Assembly (NCBI GenBank): GCA_050250895.1
Contig: JBFWNU010000002.1
Coordinates: 791,659-855,658, forward strand
Length of the DNA: 64,000 bases
Reading direction: 5' to 3'
Source: Vulcanimicrobiota bacterium
GTDB lineage: Bacteria; Vulcanimicrobiota; Xenobia; Xenobiales; JADMJV01
In this document: one piece after another, positions 37,956 through 47,173 of the stretch
Layout of the letters: each line of letters begins with the position of its first letter
How positions within the stretch are numbered: the first letter of the stretch is position 1
Notes under the pieces: generated by a model
Seen by the model: only the letters and a program-made list of their open reading frames with translations
Database searches by the model: none
What the model was told of the DNA's origin: nothing
Made by a program: the position numbers and the translations under genes

Positions 37956-39275
37956 TTACAGATTTGCCTCTGTCTTGTTAACATCGGACTCGAAGACCCT
38001 CCAGGTGCGCCAGAGGGTGGCCAGGCCCAGCGTCCAGATTCCGCAGAGAAAGCCTAGCAATACAGGCTGCGGGCCGTGCAGCCAGCGGGCTACCACGGTC
38101 ACTGTGGCCAGACAGCCAAGAGCCAGATAGGTATTGTGGGCGTTAACGGCCTTGCGATGAGCCCCGTCGAGGATACTTCGAAAGCCGAAGAACCAGGCGT
38201 AAGGCACCACCGTCGGCAGCATCCAGTAGAGGGCATTCGAGGAGGCGGCCAGTTTATGTCCCAGGTAGAGGGTCAGGGCAGGCTTGAGCCCCAGGAAGCC
38301 CACCACCACTCCCAGGCTCATGACGGCGGTGATCCAGCGGAGCAACACCAGGAAGTGCCGGCGCAGATCTTCTCCCTGGCCGGTCCGCAACATGCGGGTC
38401 GACTGGGGAACCAGGATCATGGCCAGCGGATTGACCAGCGCTCCGGCCACCGTCAGCATGGTGCCTCCCAGGGCGATCACCCCGGCCACCTGCAGATCGC
38501 CGAAGTGGCTGGTGAGAGTCACCGGAACGCCGAGCAAGACCGACAGCGCCAGGGCGCCAGGAATGCGCGGGGCGGCGTACTCCCACAAGCGCCTGAGGTG
38601 CACTTCAAAGGCGCCCGGCCCGAGAGGTTCGTCTTCCAGTCTGGGAATGACCTGGCCAAAGAGGGCGATCGAGCTGATCAATAGATAGCCGATGCCGGTC
38701 CAGGCGAAGACCTGGGCCGTGGACTGACCCACCAGGGTGAGCGCCAGCAGGGGAGTCAAACCACTGCCGATGGTGATCAGGCTCGAAGTGGCGATCTCCA
38801 TGCGTCCCAGCAGGAAGTTGGCCGCCAGGGTGGTGGTGCACACGCCCACGAACATCAGGGAAATGGGGGGCACCAGAGCCGCGTGGGCGACATCGCCAAA
38901 GAACAAGAAGGAGACCTGAGCGCTGCACAGGTTGGCCGGTACTACTACCAGCAAAGCGGCCGCTCCCAGCAACACCGCGGCCGCTTTGAAGTAGCCCCGC
39001 TCGCTGTCCTGAGAGTCGGTGCCCCGGGCCGCAACGTGGTGGGTGATGGCCACTCCCAGGCACTGCATCAGGATGGGATAACCGTAAGAGAGCGTGCGCC
39101 GGCCGACGGCATATTCGGCGAACCCCTGCTCGCCCAGGAACTGGTTCGAAAGCCGGTAGGCCAACAGGTTACAGACCAGGATGAACAAGGTCGAGCCGTA
39201 GGTCCAGAGATAGTGCTCGGTCCTGGGCTTGGCGTACTTGTCGTGGCTCGCGCCGTTCACGCTCGTGCATTCCAT
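37956..39275 (-). CDS. Wzx/MATE-like polysaccharide flippase
   Basis: About 12 TM, LGEQGFAEY, LWEYAAP, ILVPQ pattern. Confidence 0.7.
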   Translation of the reverse strand: MECTSVNGASHDKYAKPRTEHYLWTYGSTLFILVCNLLAYRLSNQFLGEQGFAEYAVGRRTLSYGYPILMQCLGVAITHHVAARGTDSQDSERGYFKAAAVLLGAAALLVVVPANLCSAQVSFLFFGDVAHAALVPPISLMFVGVCTTTLAANFLLGRMEIATSSLITIGSGLTPLLALTLVGQSTAQVFAWTGIGYLLISSIALFGQVIPRLEDEPLGPGAFEVHLRRLWEYAAPRIPGALALSVLLGVPVTLTSHFGDLQVAGVIALGGTMLTVAGALVNPLAMILVPQSTRMLRTGQGEDLRRHFLVLLRWITAVMSLGVVVGFLGLKPALTLYLGHKLAASSNALYWMLPTVVPYAWFFGFRSILDGAHRKAVNAHNTYLALGCLATVTVVARWLHGPQPVLLGFLCGIWTLGLATLWRTWRVFESDVNKTEANL

Positions 39276-39333
39276 AGGCGCGACCGTTGTTCCCGTTCAG
39301 ACAATTTTCAGCCCGTTGAGCTAGGTTGAGACT

Positions 39334-39846
39334 ATGAGAATCCACGCCTTTACCCCGAACCATCAGGCGGCCAGAAACCAGACCGCTACTCCCGAGCCCG
39401 ACAAGTGGCAGGTCTCGACCGGCTTCATTCCCCGGCTGGGTCACCAGTACCAGGGAGACTATGCCGACCTGAGCGCGATCGCTGACAGAGTCCAGGCGGG
39501 TGAGTTATCGGTTCCCAAAGAGGGACTCAAGGTCTGTCAGAAGGGTTGGCAGCCGGAGCGGGCCGTCGAGTTGCGCCAGCAGGGTCTGGCGGCCGCTGGC
39601 GTCAGCGCGGCTCTGCTGGTAGCCGGCCTGGCCACCGTGGCTCTCAGTTCCAGCCAGGGCGGACAGTTGGGCGGCTTGATGATTTCGCTGATGGGTGGGG
39701 GAGTGGCCGGCGCCGTGAGTGCCGGCAGTCTGATTGCGGCCGACCACTTCGAGCAGGCTCCTCAGATTCGCGACCAGGGCTATGTGGTTCGCACCAATGC
39801 GGGTCTCGTCTATCAGCCTTTCGAGGGGCCTGAGCAAAAGCTCTAG
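39334..39846 (+). CDS. hypothetical membrane protein with disordered leader and hydrophobic hairpin
   Basis: MRIHAFTP...EPDKWQVS; TAGGTT 6 nt before ATG. Confidence 0.72.
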   Translation: MRIHAFTPNHQAARNQTATPEPDKWQVSTGFIPRLGHQYQGDYADLSAIADRVQAGELSVPKEGLKVCQKGWQPERAVELRQQGLAAAGVSAALLVAGLATVALSSSQGGQLGGLMISLMGGGVAGAVSAGSLIAADHFEQAPQIRDQGYVVRTNAGLVYQPFEGPEQKL

Positions 39847-39852
39847 GCCTAG

Positions 39853-41445
39853 CTAGCTCTGCCAGCCGAGACGCCCCTCCTTGGGACCGCTTTCGCGGGG
39901 CACGAAGAGATACGCGATGCCACCCTGCAAGTCGGGACCGCGCACGGCATAGCGCTTGCCCTGACTGGCCAGAGCCGGCTGGGTGAGCGGCCACAATTCT
40001 TGGAATTGACCCACGAAACGAAAGCCGGCGGGCGGTAGCTTTGGTCGCTCGAGCCAGCAAGGCGGCCCCCCCAATCGGGTGCGTGAGGTGAGTTCGTCGA
40101 GGATCTCCATGACCTTCTCGCCGGGTTTGCCCCAGCCCGGGTTTTCTTCGATGGCCTCCCACTCGGTCTCGGACTCGAAAGCCCCCCGCACGGCTCGAGG
40201 AACAGGGTCGGTGTAAGCTTGCCAGCCGGTGATGAACACTTCGGGAAACAGCTTGACAGCGCTGGGTGGCATCGCCTGGCCGAGGCCATGCTGCTCTGGA
40301 TCGAGCAAGATCACTCTATTGGCTCCGCCGTCATATTCTTGCGGGGTACAGCGGGGGTTGCTGCAGACGAACACATAAAGGGTTCGTCCGGCCAGGCCAA
40401 GATCGAGTCGCCCCTGGCGATGGGCCAACTGAAACCAGAAGCTCAAGGCCTTCTGGCACTGGGCGCACTTGGGCCAGTGCTCGGAGGGGAATCGGTCGGG
40501 AAAGCCCCCGAATTTCTCACGGCCGTCGCCCCGGGGGTCGGCTTCGAGGACCGGTAAGAAAAAGGCTGGTGCCTTATCGGTCGCTGGCGTGATGGGGGGC
40601 TTCCAGGACACGACCTCCCAGAGATTGGGCCGGCGCTGGCGACTGTTGCAGGGTGGGAACTCTTTGTTGAGATAGTCTAGCATCGCTTCGGCGCCGGGTG
40701 AGACCCGCACGCCCCGGGCGAGCAAGGCCTCGCGCGAGGCCCGGGCCACATGGTTGTGGGAGCTAAAGTGAAGTGCCTGATTCGTCAGGGCCAGTGCAAA
40801 CTTCTCGAAACCTGCCGAAAAGCAAAGATAGGCGGCCTTGCTCAGGGTCGATGAAGACTGTTCGTATTCATAGATGGCGGCCTGAATCCCGGCCGAACGC
40901 AGCTGCGGCCAGGCCGAAGCCGGCGCCAGGCAACCGGCCTCGAGAGTCAGCCTCTGTCCTTCGAGCGAGACCACCAATTCCAGCCGGCAAGCCGAGCCAT
41001 GAGCGTCGACACTGGCTCGAAACAGAAAACGATTGGGTCCTGTCAGGCGAACCAATTCGGCCTTCTCGTCGCCCAGCGCGGCCTTGACCACGGCGGTGTT
41101 GACGATGCCCTCCTCGAAGACGGGGCGAAACTCGGGGCTAAGGTCGGGTCGGGTGCCCAGCTTCTCGGCCACGACGCTGCGAAAGACATCCAGTTCGAAG
41201 TCCTGCGACTCGCTCCAGGGAACCAGAGCGAAAGCCTCGAGCGAACGGGTGGTGCGGCCCAGGTCGGCCTCGAGTTCGGCCACTAGCTCCCAGCCGTCGC
41301 CCCAGGCGATTTCGTGGGCTTTGCGAAATTCGTGCGGGCGCGCCATCTCGGCCAGGACCGCGCGCAGGCGCTCCAGGGTCTTTTCGGGGTTCGACCGGGC
41401 CGTCTCTTTGGCCGATTCTATCAGCGCTTCCAGGGTTGCCTCCAC
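39853..41445 (-). CDS. hypothetical protein with C-terminal DUF1963/YwqG-like domain
   Basis: KFGGFP...WPKCAQC...FWFQL...LYVFVC; RLGGPPCWL; GAAGGAG RBS before GTG 41445. Confidence 0.7.
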   Translation of the reverse strand: MEATLEALIESAKETARSNPEKTLERLRAVLAEMARPHEFRKAHEIAWGDGWELVAELEADLGRTTRSLEAFALVPWSESQDFELDVFRSVVAEKLGTRPDLSPEFRPVFEEGIVNTAVVKAALGDEKAELVRLTGPNRFLFRASVDAHGSACRLELVVSLEGQRLTLEAGCLAPASAWPQLRSAGIQAAIYEYEQSSSTLSKAAYLCFSAGFEKFALALTNQALHFSSHNHVARASREALLARGVRVSPGAEAMLDYLNKEFPPCNSRQRRPNLWEVVSWKPPITPATDKAPAFFLPVLEADPRGDGREKFGGFPDRFPSEHWPKCAQCQKALSFWFQLAHRQGRLDLGLAGRTLYVFVCSNPRCTPQEYDGGANRVILLDPEQHGLGQAMPPSAVKLFPEVFITGWQAYTDPVPRAVRGAFESETEWEAIEENPGWGKPGEKVMEILDELTSRTRLGGPPCWLERPKLPPAGFRFVGQFQELWPLTQPALASQGKRYAVRGPDLQGGIAYLFVPRESGPKEGRLGWQS

Positions 41446-41447
41446 GG

Positions 41448-41732
41448 CTACTCCTTCCGATAGGGCGAAGCGGGGCCCTGAGGCTGCCCGAGCAGCACCT
41501 TCAAAGCCGGCTCCCAGGCGAAGCGGGCGGCCACGAAGCATTGATGAGGGTCGGGTATCTCCTGGCCATTCGAATCAGAGTCTGGAATGCCCAGTGCCTG
41601 CCGACATTCGGGCGGCTGGACCCAGTTGCGATAGTCTGCATACAGCTCCAGCACGGCGTTCTTCTGCTTGAGTTCTTCTTCGAGCGCGGCTATTCTGGCG
41701 CGCAACTCTTGGGGGCGATCCTGTTCGCTCAC
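41448..41732 (-). CDS. small hypothetical coiled-coil protein
   Basis: ELRARIAALEEELKQKN; stop immediately before next gene. Confidence 0.65.
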   Translation of the reverse strand: MSEQDRPQELRARIAALEEELKQKNAVLELYADYRNWVQPPECRQALGIPDSDSNGQEIPDPHQCFVAARFAWEPALKVLLGQPQGPASPYRKE

Positions 41733-41826
41733 CCGGCCGCCTTCGCTGTAAGGACCCCTGCCCACCTTCTCGGGGCAGGGCTCGGGTCCGAGTCAGAGAA
41801 CCACAGGCGATGGGGGCCACATCGAC

Positions 41827-42558
41827 TTGGGCGACGAATCAGAACTCCCCTCTTTAAAAGAACCCGACCTCTACCCCGCGGCCGGTTGGGGTGCGCTGGG
41901 AGCTCTCTACCTGGTGTTTTTTCTCTTTCCCCCGCTGGGCCCCGCCATGGGTGGCTTCGTGCTGTTGCTGGATGTGGCTCTGGCCTTTTGTTTGGCCGCG
42001 TTCAGCCTTTTCGATAGCCGGCGCCGGCCGGGAGCGCCCACGGTTGGATACTGGATCGTGGTGTTGCTGCTGCCCTTGCAGGTGGCCGGCCTGGGCTCGA
42101 CCCTCAAAGCCCCCGATGACTTTGGCAACCCCTGGCCGTGGGTGGCGGCCATCCCCACTCCTTTGCTCGGTCTGACGGCCATGCTGGCCCTTTTCTTGAG
42201 TGTCACGGTCGGCTTGTGGTCGCTGGCCATCGTGAAGCGCTCCAACGACTTGTTCTATGCTGAGGATCTCAGCCTGGGAATGGCCAGTTTCACGCTCACT
42301 CGCGACTTCGATAGCTGGATCCACCTGGCCGCCAGAAGACGCGACCTTACTCGCTCCAAGACGGCTTCTTACCTACTGTTCCAGAATTCCATCCTGATGA
42401 TTCTAGCGGCCTGGCTGGGGTCCATGCTGGTGGACACCGATGTGCTGGCGGGCGTGGTGGCCCAAAACACCTGCGTCGCTTGCGCGGCCAACGCCTTGTT
42501 CAACCTGGCGCTGGCTTTTCTAACCGGCGCCAACCCCGATTTTTACGGCGAGGCTTAA
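41827..42558 (+). CDS. hypothetical integral membrane protein
   Basis: About 6 hydrophobic segments. Confidence 0.7.
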   Translation: MGDESELPSLKEPDLYPAAGWGALGALYLVFFLFPPLGPAMGGFVLLLDVALAFCLAAFSLFDSRRRPGAPTVGYWIVVLLLPLQVAGLGSTLKAPDDFGNPWPWVAAIPTPLLGLTAMLALFLSVTVGLWSLAIVKRSNDLFYAEDLSLGMASFTLTRDFDSWIHLAARRRDLTRSKTASYLLFQNSILMILAAWLGSMLVDTDVLAGVVAQNTCVACAANALFNLALAFLTGANPDFYGEA

Positions 42559-42560
42559 GC

Positions 42561-43070
42561 TCAGACCGAGGGCAGATTGAAAAGGGAACCGGACTTACCC
42601 TGACTGATTTTCAATGCATCCAGGTCTTCTAGCAGCTTGGCCGCATGCGAGCAGACCCCACGAAAAAAGCGCAGCAAGTGTTCTTCGGCCGCGTCGAGAG
42701 TGTCTTGACCCTCAGCCAGGGCCCCTTCCATCAGGGCGATCGCCTGATAGCCATCGCCCATGGCCTGATCGATGCCGGCCAGACTGCCCGCGAAGGTGTC
42801 CTTGAGGGCCGGGGTGAGCTGTTCTGACAGGCTCACGTCCTGCAGGCGCCATTTCTGCTCGAAAAGTTCGAACATCTCGATAAAGCGTTGCAAGGCCTCG
42901 GCCGCATCCTCGATGTCGAGTTCGCCCTTGCGCAAGTCATCGAGCACCACCAGCATCTGACTCACATGATTGATGCCCGAAACGGGCGGGCGCAAGGAGT
43001 GTGGCGAAGAACAACTTTCGCACTGCCGGACTTTGGATGGAAGTTCAGAGCCGCAGAACAGGCAAATCAC
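42561..43070 (-). CDS. hypothetical protein with N-terminal zinc ribbon
   Basis: CLFC...CESC followed by helical region. Confidence 0.75.
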   Translation of the reverse strand: MICLFCGSELPSKVRQCESCSSPHSLRPPVSGINHVSQMLVVLDDLRKGELDIEDAAEALQRFIEMFELFEQKWRLQDVSLSEQLTPALKDTFAGSLAGIDQAMGDGYQAIALMEGALAEGQDTLDAAEEHLLRFFRGVCSHAAKLLEDLDALKISQGKSGSLFNLPSV

Positions 43071-43243
43071 AACCCACGCACATCCAAGCCAAACAGGTCT
43101 ACCAGCAAATCGCGCATCAGATCTTCTATCTGCTCCGCGCTGCCGAGCGATTCCTCTTGGGCTTCGACATTCCAGAAGTCGCCATCGACCCCCAAAAGCT
43201 GGTCGAGATCATCGACTATTTCGCGTATCTGCTCTAGTTGCAC
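43067..43243 (-). CDS. small acidic protein, 58 aa (not in ORF track)
   Basis: GTG start; MQLEQIREIVDDLDQLLGVDGDFWNVEAQEESLGSAEQIEDLMRDLLVDLFGLDVRGL; GTGA overlap with next gene. Confidence 0.65.
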   Translation of the reverse strand: MQLEQIREIVDDLDQLLGVDGDFWNVEAQEESLGSAEQIEDLMRDLLVDLFGLDVRGL

Positions 43244-43249
43244 AATCTC

Positions 43250-43378
43250 AGGGGGGCAAGGAGCGACCCTGCGGGTCGGGAGAAGGAGCTCTCGCTGCGC
43301 TCGAGGGATAAGGAGCGAAAATGAGCTGTCGCCCCTTTCGGGACGGCGGCTTGGCGGCTGCGCGCAGGCGCAGCTTTA
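43250..43378 (+). ncRNA. candidate modular AAGGAG/hairpin RNA (CsrB/RsmZ-like)
   Basis: AAGGAGC at 43258, 43283, 43310, each followed by a hairpin; final hairpin plus TTT; G-U pairs favour plus strand. Confidence 0.35.
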
Positions 43379-44569
43379 CGGTCCCATCAGCACGCCGTCT
43401 TCATTGACGAACGCGCCGTTGGTATTGGCCGCCGGAGCGGTCGGGGTGACTTCGGATTTTTCGCTGCCGGCACCGCCCGAGAACAGGCCGGTGAACCAGT
43501 TCCAACCGCGGTCGACCAGCTCGCCACCCTGCTCGAGCCAGGTGTCGTCGTTGTCGCCGACGGTCTGGGTGATGACCTGATCCTCGCCGTTGACTCGGCC
43601 GGTGACGGTGGTGGCGCCTTCGGCATCGCGAGTGACGGTGACTGATGACGCTCCGTCGGCCGAACCTTCTTTAGGCTTCTCGCTTTCGAAGCCGAAGAAT
43701 TCGGCCACGCCGCGGCCGAAGTTCTCGACCGCGCCGTCCGAGCTGCGCTCGGAGATGTCGACATCGGTGGTGACATCACCGGCGCCGTTGCTGCCAGGGT
43801 TGGTCACGGTCAGGGTCTCGCCATCGGTCTTGGCGCCCAGGTTGGGGTTGCGGTCGATGTCGGCGATGGTTACTTTGGAGGCATCGGGAGCGGCCTCGGT
43901 GTTCACGCGCGAGACCGCGCTGCCGTTGCCGTTCATGGCCACGGTCTCGGCCTTGACGGTATCCCCGTCAGCCGAGATAGCGGTGTCGGCTCGACCCTTT
44001 TCCGGCACGGTGGTGCTGCTGCTGATGCTCGCCCCGCCGTTGTCGGTAGCCACCGTGGCGGTGCTGGTCCCGTCTTCGTTCTTCTTCATGGTGCCGTCGA
44101 TTCCGACTTCACCGTTAGAGACGCTGGCGGTCTGCTCTTCGCCGGGTTTGAGATCCTGGCTGGAGAGGGCTTCAGCATTTTCTTTGCCAGGCACGACCAA
44201 TTTCTGGCCCGGATGAATCAGGTTAGGGTTCTTCAAATCGTTGGCCGAGGCGACTTTGTCGATGAGGGTCTTGCCGTCCTCATCCCGCTTGTAAATCTCC
44301 GAGAGCGAGTAGCCCTGGTTGCGCAGGATGCCTTCCAGCGAGTCGTTCTTGCCTTGCTTCCAGCCGTCGACGCTGACTTCGCTCGAGGAGGGGGCGAACG
44401 AGGCGAACGGATTGGGACGCTCGGCACCCACGCTCAAGGTGGCTGTGTCACCGGTGGTGACCGGGGCCGATTGCACCGTGGGGGCGGCGGCCGTTTCGGG
44501 ACGTGGAGCCAGACGGGGGGCGGCTACTGGGGCTGCGGATGGGGCGTTTCCTACGGCGGCTGCGGACAT
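43376..44569 (-). CDS. LysM-variant domain protein with T/D/G-rich beta region
   Basis: AGGAG RBS; NDSLEGIL...ANDLKNPNLIHPGQKLVVP; no Sec signal. Confidence 0.85.
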   Translation of the reverse strand: MSAAAVGNAPSAAPVAAPRLAPRPETAAAPTVQSAPVTTGDTATLSVGAERPNPFASFAPSSSEVSVDGWKQGKNDSLEGILRNQGYSLSEIYKRDEDGKTLIDKVASANDLKNPNLIHPGQKLVVPGKENAEALSSQDLKPGEEQTASVSNGEVGIDGTMKKNEDGTSTATVATDNGGASISSSTTVPEKGRADTAISADGDTVKAETVAMNGNGSAVSRVNTEAAPDASKVTIADIDRNPNLGAKTDGETLTVTNPGSNGAGDVTTDVDISERSSDGAVENFGRGVAEFFGFESEKPKEGSADGASSVTVTRDAEGATTVTGRVNGEDQVITQTVGDNDDTWLEQGGELVDRGWNWFTGLFSGGAGSEKSEVTPTAPAANTNGAFVNEDGVLMGP

Positions 44570-44617
44570 GGCGTGAATCTCTCCTGCGTGTTTATTGCCC
44601 CCAGGTTAACATGCGGA

Positions 44618-44679
44618 TGTTACTGGCATGTTGCTGGCACAATCGCTGTGGTGTTAAATTTCTGTGAACTGTGTGTAAA
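44618..44679 (-). promoter_or_regulatory. 11-bp-phased direct repeats (OmpR/PhoP-family-like boxes)
   Basis: Minus strand TTTACA-N5-TTCACA-N5-TTAACA, then GCCAG(C/T)AACAT twice. Confidence 0.55.
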
Positions 44680-44711
44680 GTTCTTCCATTCTCCTTAAAG
44701 TTTTCTTCGCT

Positions 44712-47009
44712 CTAGCGATTGATCTGGTTGAGAATCTGCTGCTTTCGCTGTTCTCCGGCCACGGCCGCCCAGGCGTTGAGCCAGGCCGTGGCTCCCTGGG
44801 CCGAACGCCAGGCATCGGTGCGGTCGCCGAGAGTGGACCACAGTTGATAGCTGCGGAGATTGTTCTCGAGAGGGCGAGTGACATCGTCACCCAATTGCTG
44901 GTGCTCAGCCCAGACCAGCCAGCGAACCATCGAGTCGACCAACAGGCCGGCGTGGTCTTTGCTCCACTGTAAGCCCGGCAAGAAAAGGGGACCGCCTTTC
45001 CAGGGGACCTCTTTGGCGTCGGGGTTGAAACTGAGCAAACGCAAGACCACCGGAGCCACCTGGGTGCCCCGGTTGGCCTGGGCGCCCAGCATGCCGGCCG
45101 CCAACTGGCGCACCTGCTGGCTGGGGTCTTCAAACATGGCCCGGGCCAGGGCGCCGGTGTCGAGATGATCGACCATGCCGGCCAGAATCGAGCTGAGCTC
45201 GGGATTGGTGGCGGCCGCCTTGATGAGCTTCTGGGTGGGCAGATTCGACCTGGCGCTCAGCTGCCCCGACAGCTTCTGCTGAAAGGTTCGTCGGGCGGCC
45301 GGGAACATCGTGACCAGTTGCGAATGCTCGAGCGTCTGGTCGAGGGAAGACGAGCTCTCGATGCGGGCCGCGGCGGCCCAGGTGCGTAGCAAGAGAGGCT
45401 CGCTCTGGTCGCGATGGAGCCGCTGCAGGCGGGTGTCGACCTGGGTCCCGCCGATGCGGGCCAGGCAGGCGATGGCAAAACCCCGCTGGCTGAGATCGGC
45501 TCCCTGGGCGGCGGCCAGTTTGAGCAAGCCGGGGGTGCTTTCCTGGCGCCGCTCGATCAACTGGTCGGCGGCGCTCGAGGCGCGTTCGGGGTCGGCCAGG
45601 GCGGCCAGCAGGGCGTTGACGGTGGGGGCGGCTGCCCACACCGTCAGGCTGGTAGCCAGCACCAGCCCGGCCAGAGTGAGGCGGCGCCGGCCGGCCCACA
45701 GGCCACCCAGCAGCGCCAGGACGGCCAGGGCCAGACCCTCTTGCACCGGCCGGTTAGCCGAGTCCGGCATAGCGTAGGGCTCGAAGCGAATATTGTCGCG
45801 GGCCAGAAGGTCGCGCGGAAACTCCCCTTCGATGACCGTCAGGGTCATTTGCTTGACCCGAGCCAGGACCGGCTTGAGCGCAGCCTCGCGGCCGCTGGAC
45901 AGATACTGTTCGTTGAGTTCATTGATTTCGGGGCCGCGCATTTTGAGGCGCTCTCCGATTTCGAGCAAGGCCTTTTCCTTCTTCTCGAAGTCGTGCAGCA
46001 GAGCGTCTTGCCCCACCGCCAACAGGTCCGAGGCGAACAGTTCGCGAGCGATTCCGTTCTTGGGATCGGGGTTTCGCTGGCTTGGCAACTGGGCGCGCTG
46101 GGCCGCCGACAGGTCGTCGATGGTGCCACCCAGGATCTTGAGCGGCAGGGGTTCGGTCAGGTTGCGAAAGACTTCCACGCCCGGCAGTTGGCGCTTGACG
46201 AACGAGTCGGGCAGGCCCTTGATTTTCATGGGCTGGTCGGCCAGTAGATAGACTACATTGTTCAATTCGCCGGCGTTGAAGGCCGACAGGCGCATGGGCA
46301 CCACCAGTTCTTTACTGGGAAAGCGAAATCCCATGCCCTGCACATAGCCGTCGAAGGGGCGTCCCGGCGTCTTGCCCGGTTCGACCCGACGCATGCCGGG
46401 ACGGGGATCGGCGGCCGATTTGTCACCCACCCGGGTCTTGACGGTCACGAAACACCAGCGCGCGGCCACATACTCTTCGCAGACCGAGTCCATGCCGTCG
46501 GGATAGCGATATCCATGCTCCTTCATCCAGCGACTGAGAGCCCCGGCGCTGCCGGCTTCGAGCACCGCTACCTGGTACATTCCCACCGCTTCTTCGCGAA
46601 GGACCCGCACCTCATCCCGGTCAAGCATCAGTCCGCCCGAGCCCTGGGCCGCTCGGGTGGGGGCGCCGCTTTCATACATAGCGGGGTGGGGGCGCAAATC
46701 GATGATCACCGGCGGAGGGTCGACGGCGGCGGCCAGATGCTCGAAGGTGGCATCGGGGATTTTGCGGATAGCCGGGGCAGTGGGGAAGGGGATGAGCATC
46801 CCGAAATCGTCGACCCGGCCGCTAAACCCGGGACGCAGGGCGATAGTCTCGATGCCATTCCGATAGAAGACATAGGTCTGTTGCTTGCCGATGCGCGAGA
46901 TCGCGGGACCGGGACCGTCGACCGACTGGATGGGTGGAACCATCCCGCACGGGTCGGCCAGGGCCAGGCTACTGAGCAGGGCGATAAAGATGGGAATCCA
47001 GGCTCTCAT
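44712..47009 (-). CDS. DUF2330-like domain protein with internal TM segments and HEAT-like C-terminal region
   Basis: Signal peptide, DPCGM, DFGMLIPFP, VGMYQVAVL, LSRWMKEHGY, PMRLS. Confidence 0.8.
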   Translation of the reverse strand: MRAWIPIFIALLSSLALADPCGMVPPIQSVDGPGPAISRIGKQQTYVFYRNGIETIALRPGFSGRVDDFGMLIPFPTAPAIRKIPDATFEHLAAAVDPPPVIIDLRPHPAMYESGAPTRAAQGSGGLMLDRDEVRVLREEAVGMYQVAVLEAGSAGALSRWMKEHGYRYPDGMDSVCEEYVAARWCFVTVKTRVGDKSAADPRPGMRRVEPGKTPGRPFDGYVQGMGFRFPSKELVVPMRLSAFNAGELNNVVYLLADQPMKIKGLPDSFVKRQLPGVEVFRNLTEPLPLKILGGTIDDLSAAQRAQLPSQRNPDPKNGIARELFASDLLAVGQDALLHDFEKKEKALLEIGERLKMRGPEINELNEQYLSSGREAALKPVLARVKQMTLTVIEGEFPRDLLARDNIRFEPYAMPDSANRPVQEGLALAVLALLGGLWAGRRRLTLAGLVLATSLTVWAAAPTVNALLAALADPERASSAADQLIERRQESTPGLLKLAAAQGADLSQRGFAIACLARIGGTQVDTRLQRLHRDQSEPLLLRTWAAAARIESSSSLDQTLEHSQLVTMFPAARRTFQQKLSGQLSARSNLPTQKLIKAAATNPELSSILAGMVDHLDTGALARAMFEDPSQQVRQLAAGMLGAQANRGTQVAPVVLRLLSFNPDAKEVPWKGGPLFLPGLQWSKDHAGLLVDSMVRWLVWAEHQQLGDDVTRPLENNLRSYQLWSTLGDRTDAWRSAQGATAWLNAWAAVAGEQRKQQILNQINR

Positions 47010-47173
47010 GGTGTCTCCTCTTGATAGGCTGGCTCGAGCACCACGCGACTTTGCACTCGAGCGTGGGTTGTGCGAGCTCCATTAGAGATCCAAATGCTCT
47101 CCAGGGTCTGCCAGTCGTCTCCGCTGCGTAGGACCGTGAACCACGGTCCGGCCACTGTGTAGCGGCCCTCCAG

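Noticed and set aside
43321-43407. 28-codon ORF after TAAGGAG on plus strand
   Set aside because: Runs through hairpins and antisense into the LysM gene end; the AAGGAG is better explained as one of three repeated modules
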